From assembly GCA_965279515.1 (NCBI GenBank), contig CBDIID010000003.1, positions 2,304,001-2,368,000 of the forward strand: 64,000 nt of DNA. The letters are read 5' to 3'. The translations under genes were made by a program, and so were the position numbers. This DNA comes from Turneriella sp. GTDB lineage: Bacteria > Spirochaetota > Leptospiria > Turneriellales > Turneriellaceae. Shown here piece by piece: positions 30,009 through 39,893 of this stretch (its first letter is position 1; each line of letters begins with the position of its first letter). The notes under the pieces are model-generated. The model saw only the letters and a list, made by a program, of their open reading frames with translations, was not told the origin of the DNA and searched no databases.

Positions 30009-31214
30009 TTAGGCCTCCTTCCGGTGTGCCACCATCAAATTCGAACGCGGTGGATTTCTCAGTGAACCATAACCAAAATGAAAAGGTAAATCGGGCGGAT
30101 TTCTCTCTTTATAGAGCCCGGTGAGTTCGGGCTGCACCGGGTTCGCCGGCACTATGCCGCGCAGGGGTTTCGGCCCGGTAAAATGCCCATAGATGGCGAC
30201 ATCCCAGTTATCACGCAGATCAATATAACGAAAGCCCGAATCGTCCTGTACAAGTACGTCCGGAATCTTCATGAAGAACTCCTTTACGGGCATAAAAGAC
30301 GGATTGTGCATCAGGTAGATCGCCGCCTTCATGAGCATCATGCTGCCGCGTTTTTGCTGTAAAAACTTCGCCAGCGGATAATTCGCGGCCACGCTTTGGC
30401 GATCGAGATACTGCTCGATATATGTCAGCGAGCGCACACGCTTATCGCCTTCGACGCGAAACCAGATGCGCACGCCGCGCGGTTTGAAATCCAAATTCGG
30501 ATCATCTAAGACGACGGGATTGCCGTCGCCTGAAAGATAAATCTTCTCCATGTCGACGATGCGCCAGCCAAGACCTGAAGCAAACGCCAACAACACGGGG
30601 GCAATCCCCGGAATTTGATCATTACCGATAATGTTGATGCGCATGTGCGCCGAGAAAAAATAATTGCGGTCGGCGATGTTGTTGATCACCGAGCGCGTGT
30701 TTTTGAGCCCGCGGTAATACTGCGCCGTCTGTTTTTCGGGCTGCGGAATATCACCCGCCTTTTCGAGCGCGACCATGATATATTCGCTGGCCTGCGGACA
30801 GATAGTGTAGAGATTGATGATGTCGGCGCCGCTTAAGGGATAAATCGCCGGCCGGTCTTCGCGGCAGACGATGCCGTTAGGATTGCGATTGAGCGTCGAC
30901 TCGCGCCATTCGCTGACCGGGCCGATGTTGTGCGTGCGCACCTTGTTCCAGAAGATTGCCATCTTCTCGCGGTGCTCGGCATATTCCGGCCCTTTCGTGT
31001 AGGGGACCAGTTTCGAATCGGCAGGAATCTCAAAGCCGCCGAGATAACGCGCCATGTCGTCGAAATAATAGCCGCTGCGGCCATCCTGCATGGCGCCCGC
31101 AGCGCGGCCGCTTTTCTCATCGACGACCGGGCCGCTCTGGCAGAAGCAAAGAAACAGGGCGAGTAACCCCCACCCCTTATGAGCGGAGAGTGCCAGGGGG
31201 TGGGGTTCTTTCAA
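30009..31214 (-). CDS. Hypothetical lipoprotein, tandem paralog 2
   Basis: Lipobox-like FLCFC; IYPLSGAD, QDDSG, LPFHFGYG shared with 31211-32479; TTG start overlaps upstream stop. Confidence 0.75.
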   Translation of the reverse strand: MKEPHPLALSAHKGWGLLALFLCFCQSGPVVDEKSGRAAGAMQDGRSGYYFDDMARYLGGFEIPADSKLVPYTKGPEYAEHREKMAIFWNKVRTHNIGPVSEWRESTLNRNPNGIVCREDRPAIYPLSGADIINLYTICPQASEYIMVALEKAGDIPQPEKQTAQYYRGLKNTRSVINNIADRNYFFSAHMRINIIGNDQIPGIAPVLLAFASGLGWRIVDMEKIYLSGDGNPVVLDDPNLDFKPRGVRIWFRVEGDKRVRSLTYIEQYLDRQSVAANYPLAKFLQQKRGSMMLMKAAIYLMHNPSFMPVKEFFMKIPDVLVQDDSGFRYIDLRDNWDVAIYGHFTGPKPLRGIVPANPVQPELTGLYKERNPPDLPFHFGYGSLRNPPRSNLMVAHRKEA

Positions 31215-32479
31215 CCCTGTCTCCGATGCGCGACGATCAGGTTTGAGCGCGGCGGGCGCCGCAGCGAGCCGTAGCCGAAATGGAATGGCAGGTCCGGCGG
31301 ATTTCTCTCGATATAGAGTGCAGTGAGTTCCGGTTGGGGAGCATATCTGCGGAAGAAGGCGTCACCGAGGGGGACAGGCGCGCGGTAATAACCGTAAAGA
31401 CTGACTTCGAAACCAGCAGTCAGATCGAGATAACGGAAGCCCGAATCGTCCTGGACGACATAATCTGAAACTTCGATAAACATATCACGCACGGTCGCCA
31501 TCGCGGGATTGTGCATCACGTATGAAGCGGCTTTGAACAGGATCAATCCGCCTTTTCTTTGCTGAAAAAACTTATTCAGGGGATGCGTCTTTTCGGCGCT
31601 CTGCGCATTCAGATATTGTTCGATGTAAGTCAGTGAGCGCAGGCGCTTATCGCCCTCGACGCGAAACCAGATGCGCACGCCCCGCGGTTTTTGCTCGCTG
31701 GTCACCTGGTCGATGACGGGCTTGCCATCCTCATCGAGATGGAATTTTTCCATGTCGACGATGCGCCAGCCGAGCCCCGAGGCGAAGGCCAGCAGCACGG
31801 GGGCAATCCCCGGTATTTCGGCATTGTTGACGAGGTTGCGCCGCATTTGCACAGAAGAGAAATAGTTGCGTTCTGCGATGTTGCCGATCACCGCGCGCAT
31901 ATCGCGCAGATTTTTGTAATACTGCGCTGTCTGTTTTTCGGGACGCGGAATATCACCCGCCTTCTCGAGTGCGACCATGACGTACTCGGTCGCATGCGGG
32001 CAAATCGTGTAGAGGTTGATAAGGTCAGCGCCGCTCATGGGATAAATCGCCGGGCGGTCTTCGCGGCAGACGATACCGTTAGGGTTACGGTAGAGCGTTG
32101 ACTCGCGCCATTCGCTCACCGGTGTGATGCTGTGCGTGCGCGTTTTTTCCCAAAACACGGCCATGCGATTGCGGTGCTCGGCATACTCGGGGCCTTGCGT
32201 GAACGGAGCCAGTTTTGAATCAGACGGAATGTCGAAACCGCCGAGATAGCGCGCCATATCATCGAAATAATAACCGCTGGGACCATCCATCTTCGCGCCA
32301 CCCGCGCGGCCTGTCTTCTCGTCGACAACTTTGCCGCTCTGGCAAAAGGCAAGGAACAAAACCAGAAAACCCCACCCCGGCCTACGGCCACCCCTCCCCA
32401 CTAACGTGGAGAGGGGACTCAGTATTCCCCCTCTCCATGTCAATGGGGAGGGGGCTAGGGGGTGGGGCGTATTATTCAT
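31211..32479 (-). CDS. Hypothetical lipoprotein, tandem paralog 1
   Basis: FLAFC; highly similar to paralog 2 along its length. Confidence 0.75.
   Translation of the reverse strand: MNNTPHPLAPSPLTWRGGILSPLSTLVGRGGRRPGWGFLVLFLAFCQSGKVVDEKTGRAGGAKMDGPSGYYFDDMARYLGGFDIPSDSKLAPFTQGPEYAEHRNRMAVFWEKTRTHSITPVSEWRESTLYRNPNGIVCREDRPAIYPMSGADLINLYTICPHATEYVMVALEKAGDIPRPEKQTAQYYKNLRDMRAVIGNIAERNYFSSVQMRRNLVNNAEIPGIAPVLLAFASGLGWRIVDMEKFHLDEDGKPVIDQVTSEQKPRGVRIWFRVEGDKRLRSLTYIEQYLNAQSAEKTHPLNKFFQQRKGGLILFKAASYVMHNPAMATVRDMFIEVSDYVVQDDSGFRYLDLTAGFEVSLYGYYRAPVPLGDAFFRRYAPQPELTALYIERNPPDLPFHFGYGSLRRPPRSNLIVAHRRQG
32370..32467. repeat. Family B palindromic element inside the signal-peptide coding region
   Basis: CCCCACCCC...CCCCTCCCCAC-TAAC-GTGGAGAGGGG...CCCCCTCTCCAT-GTCA-ATGGGGAGGGGG...GGGGTGGGG; 38-bp remnant at 31168-31205. 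Confidence 0.8.
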
Positions 32480-32480
32480 A

Positions 32481-33599
32481 TTAATTCTTCTTCAACTGCC
32501 TCAGGTAAGCGTCGATGAACGGGCCGAAATCGCCGTCCATCACGTTCTGCACCTGCGCGGTCTCGTGACCCGTACGCGCGTCTTTCACCATGCTATAGGG
32601 ATGGAATACATAACTGCGGATCTGGTTGCCCCACGAAATATCTTTGCGCTCACCCGAACGCGATTCGATCTCGGCCTCTTTTTCGGCGCGCGCAAGTTCA
32701 TAGAGGCGCGCCTTGAGCATCTTCATACAGGTTAGACGGTTCTGAATCTGGCTGCGCTGTGTCTGCGAAGAAACCACGACACCCGTCGGCAGGTGTGTCA
32801 TGCGCACGGCCGACTCGGTCTTGTTGACGTGCTGGCCGCCGGCGCCTGAGGCACGGTAGACGTCGATGCGCAGGTCTTTATCCAGAATTTCAATATTCAC
32901 TTCATCGGAAATTTCCGGCGAAACGTGAACGGCGGCAAATGAAGTATGGCGGCGCTTGTTGGAGTCAAAGGGAGAAATACGCACAAGCCGATGGATGCCG
33001 TTTTCGGCCTTCAGGTAGCCATAGGCATTGGGGCCCTTGATATAGAGCGTGACGTTTTTAATCCCCGCTTCTTCGCCTTCCTGGTAGTCGACGAGCTCGA
33101 CCTCAAAGCCCTGCTTCTCGCCATAGCGCGAATACGCGCGGAAGAGCATGTCGGCCCAGTCCTGCGATTCAGTGCCGCCGGCGCCGGGATGGATATTGAG
33201 GAAGGCATTGTTCATGTCGTCGGGGCCGTTCAGCAGGCTCTCGAGGTCGAGTTTGTCGAACTCGACGCGTGCGGCGTTGAGGCGGTTTATGAGTTCACCC
33301 GAGAGATTCTCGGCGTTTTCCATTTCGGCGATCTCGGCGTATTCAAAGGCATCGGCCATTTCGGCCTTGAGCGCATTCCATGCGCTGATCTTCTTGTCGA
33401 GAATCGAAATACGGGTTTGCAGATCGCGCACATAGCCGACCTTGCTATCGTCAGCGAAGAGCCTGGGATCTTCCATCTTCTGCCGCAGGTCGGCAAGCTC
33501 AGATTCGACGTCTTCGAGGTGCAGCTCTTTATAACGCGCCTCGATGCGGTCTTTGAGCGTCGAAAGCTCGCCTTTTACCTCTTTTAGGGACAGCGCCAC
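32481..33599 (-). CDS. prfB: Peptide chain release factor 2 (continuous ORF)
   Basis: [14 protein letters not shown] motif (RISPFDS), [17 protein letters not shown]; probable GTG start 33599. Confidence 0.96.
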   Translation of the reverse strand: MALSLKEVKGELSTLKDRIEARYKELHLEDVESELADLRQKMEDPRLFADDSKVGYVRDLQTRISILDKKISAWNALKAEMADAFEYAEIAEMENAENLSGELINRLNAARVEFDKLDLESLLNGPDDMNNAFLNIHPGAGGTESQDWADMLFRAYSRYGEKQGFEVELVDYQEGEEAGIKNVTLYIKGPNAYGYLKAENGIHRLVRISPFDSNKRRHTSFAAVHVSPEISDEVNIEILDKDLRIDVYRASGAGGQHVNKTESAVRMTHLPTGVVVSSQTQRSQIQNRLTCMKMLKARLYELARAEKEAEIESRSGERKDISWGNQIRSYVFHPYSMVKDARTGHETAQVQNVMDGDFGPFIDAYLRQLKKN

Positions 33600-33637
33600 G
33601 GGGTGAAATTGCCCTTTAAGACAGGGCGAAAAGCCCT

Positions 33638-34000
33638 TTACCGGTACGGAATCCGCACCGAGGGGTGGCCGGCATCGAAGTCGCGGGTGTTGCGCGTCAC
33701 GAGCTGGCATTCGTTGTGCAGGGCGGTTGCCCAGATCAGGGCATCGGGTATGCGCAGTTTGTGCTTCTGCCTAAGCCTCACCGTGAAATCCGCAATTTCT
33801 GTCGAAATATCGCAGAGTTCAAAATGCCTCAAAAACTTGCGGAGCTCCCCTTCATCAGTTTTATCTTTTGCACCGACGAGAATCTCGATATGTGTAACGA
33901 GGCTAATCAGCCGCTTGTCGTAGAGCTCCAACTCCTTTTTCGCACGTTTATCCTGTTTCAGAAAATCGATCAGGATATTCGTATCAAACACGGCTTTCAA
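33638..34000 (-). CDS. vapC: VapC PIN-domain toxin
   Basis: FDTNILID, EILVG, PDALIWATA, LVTRNTRDF. Confidence 0.93.
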   Translation of the reverse strand: MKAVFDTNILIDFLKQDKRAKKELELYDKRLISLVTHIEILVGAKDKTDEGELRKFLRHFELCDISTEIADFTVRLRQKHKLRIPDALIWATALHNECQLVTRNTRDFDAGHPSVRIPYR

Positions 34001-34012
34001 AACAACACCCCG

Positions 34013-34231
34013 CTACCACTCGTCGCGCAGCTTGTCGACATAAGCGAGGGTCTCGATCTTTCGACCCTTCCAGTAGCCAAAGTGTGCGGTCATCGGCGCG
34101 GCTGGCAGCATATGCGCAGCGTAGTAGTCGATAGCACGGCGTATCGCTTCGGCGCGTGAAATACCGTCGCGAGCGCAGAGTTCTTTGAGGATATCCACCT
34201 GCGCGGGTTCAATTTCGAGGAGCGCCTTCAT
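34013..34231 (-). CDS. vapB: VapB-type ribbon-helix-helix antitoxin
   Basis: GISRAEAIRRAID, FGYWK, YVDKLRDEW; directly upstream of vapC. Confidence 0.88.
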   Translation of the reverse strand: MKALLEIEPAQVDILKELCARDGISRAEAIRRAIDYYAAHMLPAAPMTAHFGYWKGRKIETLAYVDKLRDEW

Positions 34232-34262
34232 GTATATAGTATATATATATCTAATATATATG
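34232..34262. promoter_or_regulatory. (TA)-rich promoter/operator of vapBC
   Basis: GTATATAGTATATATATATCTAATATATATG abuts the vapB ATG; no SD. Confidence 0.5.
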
Positions 34263-34328
34263 GCCACATTTTGGATCTTTTATCATGGTATAACGTTGCC
34301 CGGTTATCTCTTTCTGAAAGCATGCAAT

Positions 34329-35102
34329 ATGCCCCTCGTCGAAGGCAAACTGATCGGTAAATACCGTCGGCTATTGATACCTTTCACGGGCCTTAAGACG
34401 GAGGCAGCGATTATTGCACCGAGGCTCAGACCAAACACAGGCGCGGTTTCCGAAGCCGAACTCGCGACGCAGTTCATCCGCATATTTTCGGAACACCGTA
34501 CCGGCAAAAGGTGGCCGCAAATTCCGGGCATGCCTGGCATGATCGCAGCCATTCTAAGCGACTGGCTTTCCGGTAAGGTCCACTTACGCCTGGCACAAAA
34601 CCCCGTCTCTGCTGAGGCGATGCTGCACGCACAGGCCGAAGGCTGGCGTTATGTGACGATAAGTTTTGCCGCCGCCCTTGCCGGCGAGCCGATCGAAGGC
34701 GACCGCGATGCGTTCGAGTTTGCGCTGCACGACCTCGGCCATGCCTATGCATTCTTTAAGGCGGATTACCAGCCGCAAGGGCAGGTGGCGTTTTTTAAGG
34801 AATTACTCACCGACCTCGATACCCTCGCGCCCTATGCCGAAAGCGATGTGAAATTTTCCGGCGATCTTGAATATTGTATGGCAGACATGAATTCGCACCC
34901 GCAGCATTTGGCTGAATACCTGCGCGGCGTGATCGTCGAAATGTTTCTGCGGCGGCGTGCGCAGACCGGCGAGAGCGAGCAGCACAACGAGGCAGAGCTC
35001 GATGTCCTGCTCACCCGGCTTTCTTGCCTGAAAGGCCTGCAGGCGAGAACAGAATCAGCGCGGCGGAACTTCCCTCACCTCGACCGCACCGCCATGGTCT
35101 AA
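34329..35102 (+). CDS. Hypothetical protein with HDxxH motif
   Basis: RDAFEFALHDLGHA, ADMNSHP; start reset to ATG 34329. Confidence 0.65.
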   Translation: MPLVEGKLIGKYRRLLIPFTGLKTEAAIIAPRLRPNTGAVSEAELATQFIRIFSEHRTGKRWPQIPGMPGMIAAILSDWLSGKVHLRLAQNPVSAEAMLHAQAEGWRYVTISFAAALAGEPIEGDRDAFEFALHDLGHAYAFFKADYQPQGQVAFFKELLTDLDTLAPYAESDVKFSGDLEYCMADMNSHPQHLAEYLRGVIVEMFLRRRAQTGESEQHNEAELDVLLTRLSCLKGLQARTESARRNFPHLDRTAMV

Positions 35103-35140
35103 GACCGGGAATCGCAGAAAATCTTGACGGTATTGCCTTT

Positions 35141-35159
35141 ATACCTATTTTGTAGGTAT
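35141..35159. promoter_or_regulatory. Palindromic operator over the antitoxin start
   Basis: ATACCTA-TTTTG-TAGGTAT overlaps the ATG; TTGACG and TTGCCT hexamers upstream. Confidence 0.65.
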
Positions 35160-35385
35160 GAAAGTCAAGACATCTGTGACACTCGAAAAGGGAGTTCTCA
35201 AGGAAATCTCAGCCTTGCGCGGCGAAAAAAGCCGGTCTGAGTTTATCGAAGGTGCAGTCACAGAGCAAATAAAACGGATGCGCAAGCAGGCACGGGATCG
35301 ACGCGAGATTGATCTTATCAATAAGAATGCTACGACTTTGAACAAAGAAGCCGACGATGCACTTTCATACCAGATAGGCCTATGA
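35158..35385 (+). CDS. RHH antitoxin (MazE-type partner)
   Basis: KVKTSVTL..SRSEFIE; ATGA overlap with toxin. Confidence 0.85.
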   Translation: MKVKTSVTLEKGVLKEISALRGEKSRSEFIEGAVTEQIKRMRKQARDRREIDLINKNATTLNKEADDALSYQIGL

Positions 35386-35711
35386 CACGCGGCGAAATCT
35401 ACCGCGTCAAAAAACCAGGCGGCAACGATCCTAAAAAATTCAGATTATTTGCCATCGTTTCGCGCGAAGCCCTGATTCAATCCAAATTCAGCACCGTGAT
35501 CTGTGCACCGATCTATTCTAATTTTACAGGCCTCGTAACCCAAGTACCCTTATCGGCAACAGATGGCATGCTTAAGGATTGTGCAATCCACTGCGACGAG
35601 CTCATGAGCTTGCCAAAAACTCTGCTGACGCAGTTCGTTGCGACACTTAATTCTGGTAAGATCGAAGAGCTGGATCATGCATTGGCTATCGCATTAGCCA
35701 TTGATCCATAG
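35382..35711 (+). CDS. mazF: MazF/PemK endoribonuclease toxin
   Basis: MTRGEIYRV, KKFR.FAIVSR, TVICAPI, IHCDELMSLPK. Confidence 0.9.
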   Translation: MTRGEIYRVKKPGGNDPKKFRLFAIVSREALIQSKFSTVICAPIYSNFTGLVTQVPLSATDGMLKDCAIHCDELMSLPKTLLTQFVATLNSGKIEELDHALAIALAIDP

Positions 35712-35719
35712 ATACGCCC

Positions 35720-36835
35720 ATGTCAGCATTCGATTTCTTTCTGCAACAAAGCATCTTCTTCGGCGGGGTGCTGTGTTTTGTCATCGTCGCGCGCAACTTT
35801 GCCGGCAGCAATGTTTCGCAGCGCACCTGGTGCGATGGTATTGTGTTTTTCTCTGGCGGCATACTGCTGCTCTATGCCTGGTTCAGCATGGTCGATATCT
35901 ATTTCGGCTACCGCCTGCTGAACCACCTCTACGTGCCCTTCATCTATTTTATGGGACCGGGTACATACCTGGGCTTTGTACTGACCGTCGACGCCGGGTT
36001 TGTACTGTCGCGCCGGCACGCGCTCTTTTTCGTTCCCGGCGCCCTGCTACTTGTGGCCATGCCCGTCGCCGCAGCAATCTATCCCCCTTTGGTCGCCCAT
36101 AAACCGTTGTCGTACTTCATGGGCCAGGGAGCGCAGGTGCTCGACTACGTATTCGTGGCGGGCTTTCTGCAAAACATCTTTTATTATGGACCGATCTTCA
36201 GACGCACCTCGCTGCTCTTTAACCTGCAGGCTTTGAAGACCCAACTCAGCGCGCGCATTCTCGTGGGTCTCTACGTCGTCACCACGGGCCTGACGGCGCT
36301 ACTGATCGCGGCTTTTCTCATGCGTAACATTTTCTGGCTCTATCTCGCCGCCGCGCTCACTGCTTTTCTCGCCACGGCGGTGCATATCTTCCGCCGCTTC
36401 AGCCCCGAGCTCTTCGAGCAAATTCAAGTCGCTATCGAAAAGAACAAAGTTTCGCGCCTGGAGGGCATCGATCTCAAAGCGCTGCATTTCGAACTCATCG
36501 AACTCATGACGAGCGAGAAGATCTATATGGACGAGCACCTCACGCTCGCCAAGCTCGCCGAAGAGCTCGATATCAAACCCCACCAGCTCTCGGAATTTCT
36601 CAATAAACACATGAAGATGAACTTCAACCGCTTCATCAATCACCTGCGCATTGAAAAGGCCGTGAAGCTGTTGCTCGAAAACCCCGAGGCGAATATTTTA
36701 GACGTGGCCTTCGAGTGCGGCTTCAATTCCAAGGCGGCGTTCAACGCCGCATTCAGTAACATCAAGGGCCTGCCGCCTGGGCGTTATATAGCTAATAAAA
36801 GGGAAGAAATGGCCCTGCAAAGTCCAGAATCATAA
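35720..36835 (+). CDS. Membrane-bound AraC-family regulator
   Basis: Several N-terminal TM helices; LTLAKLAEEL..HQLSEFLN, VAFECGFNSKAAFNAAF. Confidence 0.92.
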   Translation: MSAFDFFLQQSIFFGGVLCFVIVARNFAGSNVSQRTWCDGIVFFSGGILLLYAWFSMVDIYFGYRLLNHLYVPFIYFMGPGTYLGFVLTVDAGFVLSRRHALFFVPGALLLVAMPVAAAIYPPLVAHKPLSYFMGQGAQVLDYVFVAGFLQNIFYYGPIFRRTSLLFNLQALKTQLSARILVGLYVVTTGLTALLIAAFLMRNIFWLYLAAALTAFLATAVHIFRRFSPELFEQIQVAIEKNKVSRLEGIDLKALHFELIELMTSEKIYMDEHLTLAKLAEELDIKPHQLSEFLNKHMKMNFNRFINHLRIEKAVKLLLENPEANILDVAFECGFNSKAAFNAAFSNIKGLPPGRYIANKREEMALQSPES

Positions 36836-36875
36836 TTCAAGACCTTTACCTGCGTCCCAAATCATAATCCAAGGC
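36822..36875 (+). promoter_or_regulatory. Tandem 22-bp direct repeats, probable AraC-type binding sites
   Basis: GTCCAGAATCATAATTCAAGAC and GTCCCAAATCATAATCCAAGGC, 32 bp apart. Confidence 0.6.
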
Positions 36876-36980
36876 GACGAACGCCTTTTTTTCAGATAGA
36901 TTGCGCACTGTTGATCCCCGCAAATAACACAGCGGGGGTTTTTAGGGAAATAAATTTGTGGGGGAGATTAGGGACAGACA

Positions 36981-38672
36981 GTGAAAAAAACTACCAATCT
37001 ATTGGGGATACTTACAGCGGCTGTGATTATGTCGCATTGCGGTACAAGCGGCGGCACTGGTTCAGAACCGGGTCCGACATCAGAAATTTCGGGGACAACC
37101 AAAGCGGCGATCAACATCGATCAGGTCGTACAGGACGCGTTCAACGCGCTGTCTGACGGCAGTTTCACCTTTAAAGCGGCGATCAGCATCACATCAGCCG
37201 ACGGCACCAAGATCGACGGCAATGTCATGGTACCCACAGGCGGCAATAGCGCGACGCGCTACCCGGCGATTGTGTTCGTCAACAGCTGGGCGCTAGACAA
37301 GATCGAATACCTCGCGCAGGCGGCGCAGTTCGCGAAAAAAGGCTATGTCGTGCTTACGTACAGCACACGCGGATTCGGCAATTCAGGCGGTGTCATCAAT
37401 GTCGCCGGCCCCAAAGATATGGAAGATCTGCGCGCGGCGCTCGATTGGCTGAAAACCAATACTCCGACCGACGCGGCCAATATTGGTATGGCGGGGATAT
37501 CCTATGGCGCTGGCATCTCTCTTCTGGGGCTCGCGCAAATGCCCGAGGTCAAGACCGCAGCGGCCATGAGCGGCTGGGGCAATCTCGAACAATCACTGTG
37601 GGCGGGAGAATCGCCGCAGCAGGTTTGGGGCACGATTCTGATCGCATCAGGTTACCTGATCGGTCACATGGACCCGATAATTTTGCAGATGTACCAGAAC
37701 CTCGTGAATTATAACAACGTCGGTGCCACGCAGGCCTGGGCTGCACCGCGCTCACCGGCGAACTATGCAGCACAGATCAATGCGGCGGGCAAACCCGTTT
37801 ACCTGAGCAATAATTTCCAGGACCTGCTCTTTAACCCGAACCAGATTCTGGATTTTTATGAGAGTCTCACCGTGCCCAAACGCATGGACCTCAACCAGGG
37901 TATTCACGCTTCAGCCGAAGCGACAGGACTTTTTGGCCTGCCAAACTTTACCTGGACACAGGTGCATGCCTGGTTCGACCATTACCTGAAAGGCGCGGCG
38001 AATGGTGTGACAAGCGGCCCGAAACTGACGATGGAATCAAAGTTCACCGGAACACGTACATCGTACAACTCGTGGCCTGCGTCGAACACGGTGAAGAAGA
38101 CCTGGTACCTGAAACCGCGTGGCCTCTTTAATGAAGGTTCGCTCTCGACTTCGACGAACACGTCTTCGACAACGAATGATTTTCTGTCGGGTCTCGATAC
38201 GACAGCCACGAGTGGCATCCCGCTCATTGCGCAACTTCTGGAGGCGCATGTCGATGTGCCGGTGACAAACTGGGTCAACAGCATTAGCCGCATCAACGGC
38301 GCGTGGTTTGAATCGGGAAATTTAAGCAGCACGCTGAAGATCCGCGGGCGCGTGAAGTTTAACGCACGGGTGATACCCTCGTCGTCGAAGGCGCAGCTTG
38401 TCGCCTATCTCTACGATACCGACGGCCTCAACTGGGGTAAGGTGATTACCTTCGGCAGCACGACATTCCATACCGCGACGCCGAATGTCGCGCAGAACAT
38501 GACAATCAACCTGAACGTTTCAGCGTACGAGGTTCCCGCGGGACACTCGTTGGTGCTGGCCGTCGACACCGAAGATCTGCAGTATGCGAAGCCGACCAAT
38601 TCGATCTACCAGGTGAAGCTGGGCTTCTCGTCGTCGCAGCAGCAGACGCTCGAAATCGACACGCTGCCGTAA
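36981..38672 (+). CDS. CocE/NonD (peptidase S15) alpha/beta hydrolase lipoprotein
   Basis: Signal ending IMSHC; RGFGNSGG, GISYGAG nucleophile, WFDHYLKG. Confidence 0.88.
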   Translation: MKKTTNLLGILTAAVIMSHCGTSGGTGSEPGPTSEISGTTKAAINIDQVVQDAFNALSDGSFTFKAAISITSADGTKIDGNVMVPTGGNSATRYPAIVFVNSWALDKIEYLAQAAQFAKKGYVVLTYSTRGFGNSGGVINVAGPKDMEDLRAALDWLKTNTPTDAANIGMAGISYGAGISLLGLAQMPEVKTAAAMSGWGNLEQSLWAGESPQQVWGTILIASGYLIGHMDPIILQMYQNLVNYNNVGATQAWAAPRSPANYAAQINAAGKPVYLSNNFQDLLFNPNQILDFYESLTVPKRMDLNQGIHASAEATGLFGLPNFTWTQVHAWFDHYLKGAANGVTSGPKLTMESKFTGTRTSYNSWPASNTVKKTWYLKPRGLFNEGSLSTSTNTSSTTNDFLSGLDTTATSGIPLIAQLLEAHVDVPVTNWVNSISRINGAWFESGNLSSTLKIRGRVKFNARVIPSSSKAQLVAYLYDTDGLNWGKVITFGSTTFHTATPNVAQNMTINLNVSAYEVPAGHSLVLAVDTEDLQYAKPTNSIYQVKLGFSSSQQQTLEIDTLP

Positions 38673-38673
38673 G

Positions 38674-39261
38674 TCAGCTTTGTGCAGGGTCAGGCATCCA
38701 CTTGGGTTCTGACCTCGGCCGAAAATCCCGCATCTGTTGCAATAGTAGATGCGGGTCATCACTGCTCAATACGATGTCCCGGTGCCCTGGGCGGATAAAC
38801 CCCTCGGCGACACCCTGTTCGACCAGATCGAGCAAACTGTCGTAATAAGCGGCAATATTCAGAATGCCTGCAGGCTTCGCATGAAGCCCCAGCTGCGACC
38901 AGGTCACTATTTCGAAAAATTCTTCAAACGTACCAAAGCCGCCAGGCAAGGCGATAAAACCGTCCGAAAGTTCGGCCATGAGTGCCTTACGCTCATGCAT
39001 CGAAGGCACAACACGCAGGTCGCCGAGGCCCTTGTGCGCGACTTCTTTAGCCACGAGGTGTTCGGGAATGACACCGATTACCTCGCCGCCTGCCGTAATC
39101 GCCGCATCGGCAACCGCGCCCATGAGCCCCACTGAGGCGCCGCCATAGACAAGGCCGATTTTTTCAGCGGCCAAGAGCCGGCCGAGCAACTGCGCCACCT
39201 GTCTATATTCGGGTTTTGTTCCCGGGCTCGAGCCGCAGAAAACACAAATACGTTTTATCAT
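38674..39261 (-). CDS. LOG-family nucleotide phosphoribohydrolase (TIGR00730-like)
   Basis: CVFCGS, VYGGASVGLMG, MHERK, PGGFGTFEE. Confidence 0.93.
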   Translation of the reverse strand: MIKRICVFCGSSPGTKPEYRQVAQLLGRLLAAEKIGLVYGGASVGLMGAVADAAITAGGEVIGVIPEHLVAKEVAHKGLGDLRVVPSMHERKALMAELSDGFIALPGGFGTFEEFFEIVTWSQLGLHAKPAGILNIAAYYDSLLDLVEQGVAEGFIRPGHRDIVLSSDDPHLLLQQMRDFRPRSEPKWMPDPAQS

Positions 39262-39893
39262 AACTTTCGCTCCGCACCCACCGGCAAATCGCTGATGCGC
39301 CGCATCTCGTCGCTGTGCAAGAGGTTCGGATCGCCGAGGTATGCGAGTAGCATACCCAAACTGTCCGAACCCCAGAACAGGTTGCCGTCCGCCACAAATG
39401 TCGGCACACCAAAAACACCGGCGGCGATTGCGGCCTCACCATTGCGAATCAGCTGCTCTTTGACAACTTTGTTTTCAACTAAAGCGTCGATATCGGCGAC
39501 TCCGAGATCTTTGCCGAGTTTTTTCAGCGCAGCCGGGTCTGCAACGTCGCCGCCCCTGCCCCAGATAAAATCGAAAATCTTTTGTATCGCATCATGGTTT
39601 GAGCCGAGCGCAACGGCAAGGCGCAATAGCTTCACGGGGTTAAAAGGATGCGCGGGTGGAAATTGCAGGGGAATACCCAGTTGTGCTGCCTGCCATTGTA
39701 TGAACCGGTAAGTAAATTTCCGCTTTTCAGGAATTTCCGCCGGGCCTTTATGCGCCCAATGCTTGAGCAGCCCGGCAAAGAGCACAGGTTTAAATTCAAT
39801 TTCAATCCCCGACGGCAGCTGATCAAGTTGTTTGAACAACAGATACGCAAAGGGCGAGATAAAATCAAAATAGAGCGTCGCGTGGCGTTTCAT
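39258..39893 (-). CDS. 2-hydroxychromene-2-carboxylate isomerase / kappa-GST (DsbA-like)
   Basis: YFDFISPFAY, HPFNP, GVFGVPTF, LFWGSD. Confidence 0.9.
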   Translation of the reverse strand: MKRHATLYFDFISPFAYLLFKQLDQLPSGIEIEFKPVLFAGLLKHWAHKGPAEIPEKRKFTYRFIQWQAAQLGIPLQFPPAHPFNPVKLLRLAVALGSNHDAIQKIFDFIWGRGGDVADPAALKKLGKDLGVADIDALVENKVVKEQLIRNGEAAIAAGVFGVPTFVADGNLFWGSDSLGMLLAYLGDPNLLHSDEMRRISDLPVGAERKL

